Shown: positions 9,578 to 21,003, numbered from the stretch's first letter. The stretch is DNA of 64,000 bases from Alphaproteobacteria bacterium (GCA_045221335.1 JBGUWS010000023.1:16987-80986); one strand, 5' to 3'. Numbers and translations: made by a program. The notes: generated by a model not told the origin, from the sequence alone.

Positions 9578-9612
9578 AGCAAAAGAGAGGCCGTTGGGCC
9601 TTTCTTTTTTTT
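9578..9612. terminator. hairpin GGCC-GTTG-GGCC followed by a T8 run, between convergent genes
   Basis: The sequence aagagaggccgttgggcctttcttttttttt is seen directly. Confidence 0.45.
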
Positions 9613-9619
9613 AGGTTTG

Positions 9620-10027
9620 TTATATGGCTACACAAGCATTTCCCTTCCACTGCCAAGATACAACAATGTTGTTTTTTAAATGGAATTGTGTTTGGCAAAA
9701 ATCGGTTACGGTTTCTTCTAATAAATTTCCATTGGGGATGACATTACCACCATATGTAAATGGGTAAAATATATCATCTTCATCCATAATACCGTCATCA
9801 TAATCGAAACTTGCTAAAGGTAATTCTTGATCACTGATGTCAGTATAAATATATATCATATCTCCATTTTTTAGTTGTTTGGTGATATTTGGTTTGCCCA
9901 TGGATGCTTGTAGTTGTTCAGCTGTTTTACCGATTAATTTATTTAATTCTGCATCGTATTTTTGTGAAGTAGCACAAGCATTGAGCGTTAATAATAGTAT
10001 TATTGTGGCTATAAAGCGTTTCAACAT
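9620..10027 (-). CDS. lipoprotein (signal peptide with LTLNAC lipobox)
   Basis: N-terminus MLKRFIATIILLLTLNAC. Confidence 0.6.
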   Translation of the reverse strand: MLKRFIATIILLLTLNACATSQKYDAELNKLIGKTAEQLQASMGKPNITKQLKNGDMIYIYTDISDQELPLASFDYDDGIMDEDDIFYPFTYGGNVIPNGNLLEETVTDFCQTQFHLKNNIVVSWQWKGNACVAI

Positions 10028-10085
10028 ATTTTATCTCCTTTATCTAAGAGATATGTGTGCTTTTTGTTTTTTCAAGATAATGAAT

Positions 10086-11216
10086 TTATTTTAGTTCGCG
10101 GTCTCGGTTGACATAAAAAGATAGCATAATTCCGAAACTTGTCATAACAGATAGAATTACAGTTCCGCCGTAGCTGATTAGGGGTAGAGGTATGCCGACA
10201 ACGGGTAATAGTCCTGTGACCATAGCGATATTGATGAAAATATAAAGGAAATAATTGGTATTTAGTCCTAAGATGACCATTTTACCAAAGTAATTGCTGT
10301 TGTGGATGCGGAATGCAAACCAATATCCGTAACTGATTAAAATCAAGTTTAGGAATAGAATAAGTACGCCACCAATCATTCCAAATTCCTCAGAGAATGT
10401 GGTGAAGATAAAATCTGTGTGTGGTTCAGGCAAAAAATTTAGGTGACTTTGTGTTCCGGATAGAAAGCCTTTACCCCATAATCCACCGGATCCTAAGGCA
10501 ATTTTTGCCTGAATGATATGATATCCGGCATTAAGAGGATCACGTTCCGGATCTAAAAAGGTTAAGATACGATTTCTTTGGTATTCGTGTAAAAAGTGCC
10601 AAAGTAGTGGGGCGGCAGCGATAATCCCTCCAATTCCTATGGCAAATTTCCACCATTGTACCCCGGCTAAGTAAAACAAAGCAGCAGCACAAAATAAGAT
10701 CATTAAAGCTGTTCCAAGATCCGGCTGAATCATGATGAAGGCGACCGGAATGGCGACTAAAATGGAGGGAATAATCAATCCTTTTATGCTACGGATACTT
10801 TCTAGAGATGTTGTGCTGAAATACTTAGACAGTTCCAAAACGATGGCTATTTTCATTAATTCTGATGGTTGCAAATTGAAGAAACCGAGTTTTATCCACC
10901 GTTGAGCTCCCATACCGATGTGGCCTGCCGCATCAACGATGATTAACAACACTAAAGTCAGAATGTAAAATGGGGTGGCAATTTTGTAGTAAAATTCCGG
11001 TTTGATGATAGCGGTAATCAGCATAATGATAAAGCCTATACCAAAACGGATTCCTTGATTTAGTGCCCATGGAGTTATTTTTCCACCGGCGACAGAATAT
11101 AGGGTTATACAGCCAACAAGGGCAAGAATGGTTATGATGCCTATGAACAAAAAATTTAGGTTCAAAAAACGTTCTTTGAAACTCAATTCTTGATTTTGAT
11201 GTAACAATATACTCAT
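10086..11216 (-). CDS. rodA: rod shape-determining protein RodA (SEDS family)
   Basis: Polytopic FtsW/RodA family protein. It is the last gene of the mreBCD-mrdA-rodA operon. Confidence 0.9.
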   Translation of the reverse strand: MSILLHQNQELSFKERFLNLNFLFIGIITILALVGCITLYSVAGGKITPWALNQGIRFGIGFIIMLITAIIKPEFYYKIATPFYILTLVLLIIVDAAGHIGMGAQRWIKLGFFNLQPSELMKIAIVLELSKYFSTTSLESIRSIKGLIIPSILVAIPVAFIMIQPDLGTALMILFCAAALFYLAGVQWWKFAIGIGGIIAAAPLLWHFLHEYQRNRILTFLDPERDPLNAGYHIIQAKIALGSGGLWGKGFLSGTQSHLNFLPEPHTDFIFTTFSEEFGMIGGVLILFLNLILISYGYWFAFRIHNSNYFGKMVILGLNTNYFLYIFINIAMVTGLLPVVGIPLPLISYGGTVILSVMTSFGIMLSFYVNRDRELK

Positions 11217-11223
11217 TTTATTT

Positions 11224-13032
11224 TTACCTTATATCAAGTTTTATTGCTGCTTCCAATATTTTTGAGGCAATCGGCGCAGCTACACCGGAACCCGAGCGAC
11301 CATGTTCGACAATGACAGCAACAACATATTTTGGGTTATCATGTGGGGCATAAGCCATAAACCACGCATGATTTCTGTATTTCCAGGGTAAATCTTCATC
11401 TCTTCTAATGCCTCGGGCTCTCTCTTTTAGAGATATGCGACGCACTTGAGTAGTCCCTGTCTTTCCTCCCATCTGAATATCCTTGAGTTTTAATTTAGCG
11501 CGTGTTGCTGTTCCGCCGATACCATTTACTACTTCAAACATTCCCTGTTTTACAAGAGCGAGATTCTCAGCTTTGATGTTTAGTTTTTTGGGTTGGGGTG
11601 GATTTTCTGTTTTAATAAATGTCGGAATAATTTCATAACCACCATTTACAACCCGAGCTAGCATGGTTGCCAGTTGAATAGGGGTAACCAAGACATAACC
11701 TTGTCCTATGCCGGCAATAACTGTTTCTCCTTGTTGCCAAGGTTCATGTAATTTTTCTTTTTTCCATTTTTTATTGGGAATAACACCTGCTTTTTGGTTT
11801 TCTAATCCAAAGTCATATATTTGTCCCAATCCAAGTGTATGGCTCATGTCTGCAATTTTTTCTATACCAATTTTTAGAGCTGTTTCATAGAAAAATATAT
11901 CACAGGAATTTTTGATAGCTTCTATGACGTTTAAGCGTCCGTGTCCGCTGTGTTTCCAACAATGGAAAAGGTGGTTTCCTAATTGCATTTTTCCGGAGCA
12001 AAAGGAGGTTGTCTGTGCATTTATGGCTCCAGATTCTAAAGCAGCAAGAGCTACAACAATCTTAAATGTTGATCCAGGGGAATACTGTCCGGATATTGCT
12101 TTATTAGTCATGGGTTTTTTTTCATCATTCAGCAAAGTATTCCAATTTTTTATGGAGATACCATCAACAAACAGGTTGGGGTCAAAAGATGGGACAGATA
12201 CAAAAGCCAGTATCTCGCCGGTATGCACGTCCAGTACAACAGCGGCTCCGGATTCTTGTCCAAAGGCATCATAGGCTATTTTTTGTAAGCGAATGTCAAT
12301 GGTCAGGTCAAGGTCTTTTCCTTTCATGCCTTCCGTTTTTTCTATTTCTCGCATGATACGTCCATAGGCATTAACTTCGTAAGTTAAACTACCAGCAGAA
12401 CCACGCAAGCTTTCATCATATGTTTTTTCAAAGCCGGATTTTCCAATTTTGAATCCGGGAACCTGTAATAATGGAGAATCCGATTTCTGTAAATCAGATT
12501 CTGATACGGAACCTACATATCCCAGGGGATGTGCCATATATTCTTTATAAGGATAAGAGCGGATAAGTCCTTCATCAATAATTAATCCAGGGTATTGATT
12601 ATTATTAATCATTAAAGCGGAAACTTCGTTCCATCCTAAGTTATCTTTGATTTTGACAGGGACAAAACGACGATGGTGGGAGATGTCTTTTTTGATACGA
12701 TTGATGTCATCTTCAGATAGATTTAATATAGGTTTTAATTCTGTTAGTAAACGATTGATGTTTTTGTTCTGTTCAGGAATAAGCATGGCTTGAAAGTTTT
12801 GGATGTTAATGGCTAATTCCAATCCATTGCGATCGTTTATTGTTCCGCGCGGAGGGGCAATTAAGCGTTTTGATGTTCTGTTGCTGTCGGCCAGTAGAGC
12901 GTATTTTTCTCCTTGATATATTTGCAAATAATACAATCTGCCAATGAGGATGAACAGCAGTATGATGTTAATACTGAACATAAACAAGGAGCGCTTCAAG
13001 AGAAGGCGTAATTTATGGTTAGATTTCTTCAT
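11224..13032 (-). CDS. mrdA: penicillin-binding protein 2 (transpeptidase)
   Basis: PBP dimerisation plus transpeptidase domains with STFK, SCD and KTGT motifs. Its position between mreD and rodA fits mrdA. Confidence 0.9.
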   Translation of the reverse strand: MKKSNHKLRLLLKRSLFMFSINIILLFILIGRLYYLQIYQGEKYALLADSNRTSKRLIAPPRGTINDRNGLELAINIQNFQAMLIPEQNKNINRLLTELKPILNLSEDDINRIKKDISHHRRFVPVKIKDNLGWNEVSALMINNNQYPGLIIDEGLIRSYPYKEYMAHPLGYVGSVSESDLQKSDSPLLQVPGFKIGKSGFEKTYDESLRGSAGSLTYEVNAYGRIMREIEKTEGMKGKDLDLTIDIRLQKIAYDAFGQESGAAVVLDVHTGEILAFVSVPSFDPNLFVDGISIKNWNTLLNDEKKPMTNKAISGQYSPGSTFKIVVALAALESGAINAQTTSFCSGKMQLGNHLFHCWKHSGHGRLNVIEAIKNSCDIFFYETALKIGIEKIADMSHTLGLGQIYDFGLENQKAGVIPNKKWKKEKLHEPWQQGETVIAGIGQGYVLVTPIQLATMLARVVNGGYEIIPTFIKTENPPQPKKLNIKAENLALVKQGMFEVVNGIGGTATRAKLKLKDIQMGGKTGTTQVRRISLKERARGIRRDEDLPWKYRNHAWFMAYAPHDNPKYVVAVIVEHGRSGSGVAAPIASKILEAAIKLDIR

Positions 13033-13552
13033 AGCGTTCCTCTAAATGGATGTAACGTCTCTCAATCCAGCTGTTTACATGGGCAATTAGCGGGTAGATG
13101 GCAATGGTCATTAACAGTTCGATAAAAAGCAAGCTTAAGGGAATGAGCTGGCGATATAAAATACTTGCGATTAATGCTTTAAATATAAAAGTTAGCAAAC
13201 AGGCAAGTGCAAAAAGGAACCAGGAATAGGAGAATTTTTTAGCATTAAAGCGTAGAGAGAGTTGCATGGATATAATGTATAACATTAAAAATGTCATGAT
13301 ATCTATTCCTAAAGGAGTGTTTCCCATTACATCTGCTAAGATGCCTAAGATGAAGGCTGAAAATATTGAAAATATGTCAGGTCTTTGTGTTTGCCAAAAA
13401 TAAATACCGGCAAAAAAGGGTGCTTGCCTTAAAAGAATCCAGCAATTTGCTGAACGTGGAATGTATAGTATCAGTACGAAGATAATGGTACTGATGATCG
13501 GAATCAGAAAAGCCGTTATTTCGGTTAGAAAGTTTTTGATACCATTTTTCAT
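13019..13552 (-). CDS. mreD: rod shape-determining protein MreD
   Basis: Small polytopic membrane protein located between mreC and mrdA. Confidence 0.7.
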   Translation of the reverse strand: MKNGIKNFLTEITAFLIPIISTIIFVLILYIPRSANCWILLRQAPFFAGIYFWQTQRPDIFSIFSAFILGILADVMGNTPLGIDIMTFLMLYIISMQLSLRFNAKKFSYSWFLFALACLLTFIFKALIASILYRQLIPLSLLFIELLMTIAIYPLIAHVNSWIERRYIHLEERYEEI

Positions 13553-14412
13553 TCTAACTCCTTAAGTGTTTGTGCCGAAGGAGTGATGTCGTATAGTATA
13601 ATCTTTACAATTTCCATCTCTTGGTCATTAAATAATGGTGTTGCCGTAATAGCATCCATTTCCGTTTTTTTAATACGTGCAATGGGAATATCTGCCGGTA
13701 AGCCGCCGCCAACACCGGAAGTTAATAGAAGATCTCCGGGATGAAGCTCGGCTAAGAGCGGTGTAAATATCAGTTTTAATTCTTGAGTGTTTGTTCCAAC
13801 CAATATACCTCGATCACGACTTTTGGCGGAAATAACAGGAATTTTTGAGTTTATATCTGTAATCATATTTACACGGGCATAGTTGCCACTGATTGTTTCT
13901 ATGCGTCCGATTAACCCCTTGGCACTGACAACAGCGTATCCAGGTTTTATTTCTGAATTTTCAGGACCAATGTAGATAATGAGGGCATTAGCAAAAGCGC
14001 CTTTTGTTTTGGCTACGACACGGGCGGTTCTGCTTTCAATGCCAGGAGTGTCATAGTGATGTAAAAGTCTCTTTAGAATGGTATTTTCGGCTTCTATTGC
14101 TTTTAAGCGATCTTTTAAGAGAAAAAGTTCCTCGTTTTCTTTTTTTAGTTGTTTGTTCTGCTCATAGACATTCATCATTTCGGATATTTTTTTATACCCC
14201 TGACTTAATCCTTCTGCTGGCAAAGTGACTGTATGGATAAGCGGTGTGGTGATAAAAAATACACCTTTTGAAATACCGGAGATGACACCTAAGTCAATTT
14301 TGTGTACCAAAATCAATAACACGGCTATGATAAACAACCCTGTTATCATAAAATTTTTTAATATACGCAGTACATAATTTTCTTTTAGGAATAATGCTCT
14401 CTGGCGTTTCAT
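13549..14412 (-). CDS. mreC: rod shape-determining protein MreC
   Basis: N-terminal TM helix, a coiled-coil and a beta-rich domain, immediately downstream of mreB. Confidence 0.85.
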   Translation of the reverse strand: MKRQRALFLKENYVLRILKNFMITGLFIIAVLLILVHKIDLGVISGISKGVFFITTPLIHTVTLPAEGLSQGYKKISEMMNVYEQNKQLKKENEELFLLKDRLKAIEAENTILKRLLHHYDTPGIESRTARVVAKTKGAFANALIIYIGPENSEIKPGYAVVSAKGLIGRIETISGNYARVNMITDINSKIPVISAKSRDRGILVGTNTQELKLIFTPLLAELHPGDLLLTSGVGGGLPADIPIARIKKTEMDAITATPLFNDQEMEIVKIILYDITPSAQTLKELE

Positions 14413-14431
14413 CTTTTATACTCCGGAGATT

Positions 14432-15499
<1,068 letters not shown>

Positions 15500-15536
15500 T
15501 CAGTTTTAAGTGTAAATCATTTATTTTGCAAGCGTT

Positions 15537-16493
15537 TTATAGCTTTTTTTTGATATCATCAACAAAAATTTTGTTATCTATGTTTTTATCTGTGTAGCAA
15601 AAGTCTGCATTAAAGCGATTATTAAACCAGGTTGATTGCCTTTTTGCGTATTGGTGGGTGTGTGTTTTTGCTAAAGAAACGGCTTCATCTAAAGAACACA
15701 GTTGGTTGATGTAGGCTTTAAGTTCTTGTACACCAAGGGCACGCATTGCCGGCAATGAATCGGATAAATTGCGTGCAACCAATGCTTTTACTTCATCGCA
15801 AGCACCATTTTTTATCATAATATCAAAGCGTTGGTCAATACGTTCGTTTAATAGATTTCGCGGTGGATTTATGTATATATGTATGAATGTTTCGGGGTTA
15901 AAGTATTTTTTTAAGGGAATCGTCTGCCAATAGCTGATATTTTTTTTGGTATGATACCATATTTCCATTGCCCGTGTGATACGTGTTGTATCGTTTGGAC
16001 CTATGCGGAGGGCAGCCTCTTTATCTATCTTTAAGAGTGATTGGTAGAGCTTTTCAAGTCCTTCGGTTTTTTTTATGGTCGAAACCTTCTGTCGTATTTC
16101 CTGTGGTGTCTCCGGTATAGGAGTCGCTCCTTTTTCCAGTGCTTCTATATACATACCAGTTCCACCGATGACAATAGGTGTTTGTTGACGAGAATGTGCA
16201 CTGTTTATCTCTTTTAAGGCCAGATTAAGCCAGTCTGATACATTACCGCGCACGGAGGCATCATATATACCGTAAAGCTTATGTTCGATGAGATCTGTTT
16301 CTTTTTTTGTCGGAGCAGCAGATAGGATAGGGATGTCTTTATAAACCTGCATCGAATCGGCATTAATAATGACACCGTTTGTTTCAAGAGCCAGTCGAAG
16401 TGCTAGAGCGGATTTTCCTGATGCCGTGGGACCAGCTATTAAAATTATTTTTTTAACGGACGACATGAAGCTTCTTCCACAAGATTTTGACAA
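15537..16493 (-). CDS. miaA: tRNA dimethylallyltransferase
   Basis: P-loop IILIAGPTASGKSALAL at the N-terminus. The true start is probably the internal ATG at 16466. Confidence 0.9.
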   Translation of the reverse strand: MSKSCGRSFMSSVKKIILIAGPTASGKSALALRLALETNGVIINADSMQVYKDIPILSAAPTKKETDLIEHKLYGIYDASVRGNVSDWLNLALKEINSAHSRQQTPIVIGGTGMYIEALEKGATPIPETPQEIRQKVSTIKKTEGLEKLYQSLLKIDKEAALRIGPNDTTRITRAMEIWYHTKKNISYWQTIPLKKYFNPETFIHIYINPPRNLLNERIDQRFDIMIKNGACDEVKALVARNLSDSLPAMRALGVQELKAYINQLCSLDEAVSLAKTHTHQYAKRQSTWFNNRFNADFCYTDKNIDNKIFVDDIKKKL

Positions 16494-17359
16494 AGGTCTT
16501 CATAAGAAACACCGATGTATCGTGCTTGTTCTGGTACAAGCGATAGGGCAGTCATACCGGGATGTGTATTTATCTCCAGGAAAATAACGCCGTCTTTAGG
16601 GTTATAACGAAAATCAGAACGAGAAACCGTTTTGCATTTTATTTTATTATGCATGGTTTCAGCATAAGATAGACAAGTTTGCGTTACCTTCTTTGGCAGG
16701 TCTGCCGGCAAAATATGAGATGTTTGTCCGGTAGTATATTTGTGTTTATAGTCATAAAAGCCGCCTTTTGCTTTAAGTTCGGTTACGACATGTGCCTTTC
16801 CTTTATAGCACATAACAGTTAATTCACGACCGGGGATATATTTTTCAACTAATAATTCTGTTTCGGGGTCGTTGTAACGTATTTTGAATATATCTTCTGG
16901 CTTTTCGACAATAAATACACCAACAGAAGAACCATCTGATACCGGTTTTACCACAAATGGACGTGCCAGGGAAGAGGCATTGGCAATAAATTCACGTGCT
17001 GTCATTTTGCGAGAGGAGGCCGTTTTGATATTGGATTTTTCAGCAATGAGCTTGGTTAAATATTTATCCATACCGATGGCAGAAGCGTTCATGCCGGAAT
17101 GAGTATAAGGAATTTGTAACAGGTTTAGGAGTGCAGGGATTGTACCGTCTTCTCCCCAGTTGCCGTGGAGAGCATTGAAAATGACATCGGGTTTGTTTTT
17201 ATTAATGGCGGCGAGTAGTTTTTCGGTATCGGTTAAGTCGTGCGCAATAACTTCATAGCCCTTATTTTTAAGAGCTTTGGCAACGTTTTTTCCGCTATCT
17301 AAACTTACTTGTCTTTCTGAGGAAAATCCCCCCATTAAAACCATTACTTTTTTAGCCAT
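16445..17359 (-). CDS. ddl: D-alanine--D-alanine ligase
   Basis: ATP-grasp fold with an N-terminus MAKKVMVLMGGFSSERQVSL typical of Ddl. Confidence 0.9.
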   Translation of the reverse strand: MAKKVMVLMGGFSSERQVSLDSGKNVAKALKNKGYEVIAHDLTDTEKLLAAINKNKPDVIFNALHGNWGEDGTIPALLNLLQIPYTHSGMNASAIGMDKYLTKLIAEKSNIKTASSRKMTAREFIANASSLARPFVVKPVSDGSSVGVFIVEKPEDIFKIRYNDPETELLVEKYIPGRELTVMCYKGKAHVVTELKAKGGFYDYKHKYTTGQTSHILPADLPKKVTQTCLSYAETMHNKIKCKTVSRSDFRYNPKDGVIFLEINTHPGMTALSLVPEQARYIGVSYEDLCQNLVEEASCRPLKK

Positions 17360-17393
17360 TATTTAACTCCTTTTTGTTAGTATTTTTGTTGTT

Positions 17394-18209
17394 ATGGATG
17401 ATTTTACCTCACAAAATTTAAGAAAGGCTAAAAGTTTAGTGAAAAAAATATATTTATTTTTGGTATTGGCATTTTGGGCAAAAGCCAGTTTCGCCGGTAT
17501 TCTTACTCAGGCAATGGATGTCCATATAGGTATTTTTGATGCGGCAAAGATTTTGTTAGAATACCGCCAGGATGGCTATCATTTTAGCGTTAATACTAAG
17601 GTTGATACAGTTAATGTATTTGGCACATTGTATTCTTTTTCGGGGATGTATGAGAGTTCGGGTTTGATCTTAAAGGATAGAATCGTTCCGGAACTTTATA
17701 AAACCCGGAGTCAATCGCGGCGTCATATCCGGACTAAAAAAATATTGTACGATAAAAAAGGAATGGCTTATAAGCGTATCTCATCAAAAGATGGTGAAGT
17801 GAGCGAAAAGCCTATTGTCGGTATTTCAAAAACGGCAGATGCAGCTGATTTGCAAAGTGTTTTTGCTGAGCTTATTCAAGAATTTATGGCAAATGGAAAA
17901 TGTGATCTTGTGCGTGAAGTTGATGATGGAAAGAAACACTATAAGCTTATTTCAAAAGATAGTGGTATAGAAAAGCGATATTTTGAATTTTTACAAAAGG
18001 AAGAGGCGGCACATCTTTGCTTGATATTTATTGAAAATCTTAAAGATAACAATGATAATATTTTATGGGAGGTCAGTTCTGACAGGCCGATTAAACTGTG
18101 GACCAAAGGGGATGAAAAGACAAAAATGCCCGTTGTTTTGGAAATAGGGATTGACTCTACCCCGTTAGGTGAGCTAAAGGTAATACCAAATATGTTAAAG
18201 ATCAAATAA
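17394..18209 (+). CDS. hypothetical secreted protein (possibly DUF3108-like)
   Basis: N-terminal signal-like hydrophobic segment. No catalytic motif recognised. Confidence 0.5.
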   Translation: MDDFTSQNLRKAKSLVKKIYLFLVLAFWAKASFAGILTQAMDVHIGIFDAAKILLEYRQDGYHFSVNTKVDTVNVFGTLYSFSGMYESSGLILKDRIVPELYKTRSQSRRHIRTKKILYDKKGMAYKRISSKDGEVSEKPIVGISKTADAADLQSVFAELIQEFMANGKCDLVREVDDGKKHYKLISKDSGIEKRYFEFLQKEEAAHLCLIFIENLKDNNDNILWEVSSDRPIKLWTKGDEKTKMPVVLEIGIDSTPLGELKVIPNMLKIK

Positions 18210-18218
18210 GGAAAAGAA

Positions 18219-19610
18219 ATGCATAGGTCAGAGTTATTATTGCCTGCGGGTGATTTGGTTAAGTTGAAAACAGCGCTTTTGTATGGGGCAGATGCAGTTT
18301 ATGCCGGTACACCGGATATGAGTTTGCGTACACAATCGAAGTTTTCGCTTGAAGATTTAAAAGAGGGAATCCGTCTGGTTCATGAAGCAGGCAAAAAAAT
18401 ATATTTGACGCTTAATCTTTATGTGCATAATGAGGAAGCTGCCAAGTTGCCGAAGTTTGTTGAAACATTAAGGAAATTAGCACCTGATGGTGTGTTGATG
18501 GCAGATCCAGGTGTGTTTTACTATCTAAAAGAGAATGCGCCCGAGCTTAATCGGTTTGTTTCAACGCAGGCCAACATTTGTTCGGCTCAGACGGTTAAGT
18601 TTTGGCAATCTATGGGGGCAAAGCTTTGCGTTTTGGGGCGGGAAGTTACTTTTGCTGAGATGAAAGAAATCCGCGAACAGTGTCCGGACATTGAGTTGGA
18701 GTGCTTTATTCATGGGGCAATGTGCATGTCTTATTCCGGCAGGTGTTTGATTTCTAATTTTATGGCGGATAGGAGTGCTAATAAGGGTAAGTGCGCTCAT
18801 TGTTGTCGGTGGCATTATAAGTTTCATGTTCGTCTAAAAGACGGGACAGTGCGAGAGCTTGTTATTAATGATGAAAATAAAGATAATTTTGAATATTTAT
18901 TGGAAGAGGATTTTCGCCCGGGTGAGTATTATGAAGTGGTTGAAGATTCTCATGGCAGTTATATCTTAAACTCCAAAGATATGTGTTTGATGCCGAGACT
19001 TAAAGATTTATTGAAGATTGGAATGAATTCTCTTAAAGTTGAAGGGCGTAACAAGACGGAATATTATGCCGGTGTGGTTGCCAGGGCCTATCGTGCGGCG
19101 ATTGATGATTATTATAAGGATCCCAAAAGTTGGAATGCTGATAAATATATGCCGGAGTTAATGACCTTACAGAATCGCGGATATTGTTTGGGTTTTCATG
19201 ATGGCAAGTTAACGAATATCAGCCAAAATTATGAATATACACGGACTTTGGGAGAATGGTTATTTGCCGGCTCGATTGTTGAATGGCAGGGTGATGAGGC
19301 TGTGTTTGAAATTCGGAACTATATCAATAGCGGTGAGGCAATAGAATTCTTAATTCCGGGCGGATTGGATAATTTTAGGCTTGTTTTGACGGAGTTTGAA
19401 GATGCTGATAACGGTCAGATGACAACAAAGGTTTCTGCCGGTCAGGGTAAAAAGATACGAATCAGGCCAAATCAGTGGGATAGGGATGTTAAGGAGATCA
19501 AGAAGCTTTTGCCACAGTATACGATTGCTCGTAAGTTTCAAGGATTAGCAGGTGAAAACAAGGAAATGTATGATCATAAAATTTCCGAGTGGGAGATGCT
19601 AAAAGGGTAA
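18219..19610 (+). CDS. U32 family peptidase (YegQ/TrhP-like)
   Basis: N-terminal LELLAPAG-like motif (ELLLPAGDL) and a Cys-rich segment CMSYSGRC typical of peptidase U32. Confidence 0.85.
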   Translation: MHRSELLLPAGDLVKLKTALLYGADAVYAGTPDMSLRTQSKFSLEDLKEGIRLVHEAGKKIYLTLNLYVHNEEAAKLPKFVETLRKLAPDGVLMADPGVFYYLKENAPELNRFVSTQANICSAQTVKFWQSMGAKLCVLGREVTFAEMKEIREQCPDIELECFIHGAMCMSYSGRCLISNFMADRSANKGKCAHCCRWHYKFHVRLKDGTVRELVINDENKDNFEYLLEEDFRPGEYYEVVEDSHGSYILNSKDMCLMPRLKDLLKIGMNSLKVEGRNKTEYYAGVVARAYRAAIDDYYKDPKSWNADKYMPELMTLQNRGYCLGFHDGKLTNISQNYEYTRTLGEWLFAGSIVEWQGDEAVFEIRNYINSGEAIEFLIPGGLDNFRLVLTEFEDADNGQMTTKVSAGQGKKIRIRPNQWDRDVKEIKKLLPQYTIARKFQGLAGENKEMYDHKISEWEMLKG

Positions 19611-19709
19611 GTCTATTCGATCTTTTTTGTGAAATGCTTTGACAAGAATCTGAAATTATGCTATCCTTAAGGTGTATTTTGGTTTATATTTACGCTTGAG
19701 GAGGAAATT

Positions 19710-20252
19710 ATGGTAGAAAAAAGAAAAAGAAAAAGTAAGGATATTTGCAAAATGTCAAAAGCTGATGCCAACTTGGCTTATGCTGTTTTAAGAGGTGATC
19801 TTGAAAAGATTGACTTTTTTGTTAAAAAAGGGGCTAATGTTTTTAGTGAAGTTGAAGGCATTGAAGGGTATAAAAAAGGTGATACCGTTTGGGATGTACT
19901 TCATGCTGATCAAAAGTTGGGTGGTAAGAGTTCAGCTGTGATTGCTCTTACATTGGTAAAAGCATATATGAAAGCTGAAGGTATTGTTGATAAAGAGCCA
20001 GTGGAAGTATTAAAAGAAATCCATGAAGAATTGTTAAGACGGCGAAAGATGAAGAAGATTCAGGCTTCGAAAGATGATTATTTAAGAGCTACTACATCTC
20101 AAAAAGAGAAAAAGAAAACAGGTTCCAAAAAATCAAAGACACCAGAAAAGAAAAAAATGACACCACCTCAATTAATGGATACGAAAAAGTATGTTGAAAT
20201 ACGTCCTGGTAAGTATGGGATTCGTGGAAAGCATTATACAGGTCTTGAATAG
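19710..20252 (+). CDS. hypothetical protein with one ankyrin-like repeat and a Lys-rich tail
   Basis: GAGGAGG precedes the ATG. LAYAVLRGDLEKIDFFVKKGANV fits the ANK consensus, and the C-terminus is K-rich. Confidence 0.55.
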   Translation: MVEKRKRKSKDICKMSKADANLAYAVLRGDLEKIDFFVKKGANVFSEVEGIEGYKKGDTVWDVLHADQKLGGKSSAVIALTLVKAYMKAEGIVDKEPVEVLKEIHEELLRRRKMKKIQASKDDYLRATTSQKEKKKTGSKKSKTPEKKKMTPPQLMDTKKYVEIRPGKYGIRGKHYTGLE

Positions 20253-20497
20253 TAATTATCTTAAAAGTTGGAAGCTCAAATAATTCTTGTTTTTTGTTGT
20301 TTATAAAGAAAAAACTTTACAAATAAAAAAAAATCATTTATAAACCGCACCAGATTGTGAGAATCGGCGCATGGCAGCTCTTTTTAAGAAGTTGTTTTGT
20401 GGCGATTTTCCTATTAGCTTGCATACATGAAGGTGGTGCGAGCGTCGGTTTTATCCGCTTCGGGCTCCGAAGCACAGAAAAAAGAAAGGAATCTATA

Positions 20498-20947
20498 ATG
20501 AGACACGGTGACGCACATAGACGTTTTAATATGCCTAAAAGTCAAAGAAGAGCTTTGTTTGCAAATTTAACAAATGCTTTATTAACGCATGAACAAATCA
20601 CAATTACTTTGCCGCGTGCTAAGGAATTGAGAACTTTTGCAGAAACGATGATTACTTATGCTAAAAAAGGTGATTTGAACTCTCGTCGTTTGGCATTGTC
20701 TTTTTTGCGGGATAAAGAAGTTGTTTCCAAGCTTTTTTCTGTTTTGGCCGAGCGCTATAAAGAGCGTAACGGTGGTTATACTCGCGTTATTAAAGCCGGT
20801 TACAGATATGGTGACTGTGCACCAATGGCAATTATTGAATTAGTTGACAGAGATGTTAATGCCAAAGGTTTGAAGGATATTGAACGCGTTAAAGCAGAAA
20901 AAGCAGCCGCAGAAGCTCAGGCTAAAGAAGAAGCTGCAGCAGCTTAA
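20498..20947 (+). CDS. rplQ: 50S ribosomal protein L17
   Basis: MRHGDAHRRFNMPKSQRRALFANL... matches L17. ATG at 20498; the longer frame from 20357 is spurious. It is not preceded by rpoA. Confidence 0.9.
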   Translation: MRHGDAHRRFNMPKSQRRALFANLTNALLTHEQITITLPRAKELRTFAETMITYAKKGDLNSRRLALSFLRDKEVVSKLFSVLAERYKERNGGYTRVIKAGYRYGDCAPMAIIELVDRDVNAKGLKDIERVKAEKAAAEAQAKEEAAAA

Positions 20948-20967
20948 GCTTTAGGCTTTATGGTAAA

Positions 20968-20999
20968 AAAAAGAGGTCTTTATCGGCCTCTTTTTTTTG
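20968..20999. terminator. bidirectional rho-independent terminator (AGAGG...CCTCT with A8/T8 flanks)
   Basis: The sequence aaaaaaaagaggtctttatcggcctcttttttttg lies between convergent genes. Confidence 0.6.
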
Positions 21000-21003
21000 T
21001 GTT

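Noticed and set aside
11708-12274. Plus-strand ORFs (60 aa, 120 aa) within mrdA
   Set aside because: They are antisense to a conserved PBP2 coding region with no independent support.
20357-20497. N-terminal extension of rplQ (ORF from 20357)
   Set aside because: L17 homology starts at MRHGDAHRRF (ATG 20498). The upstream in-frame stretch is hydrophobic nonsense and contains the leader hairpin.
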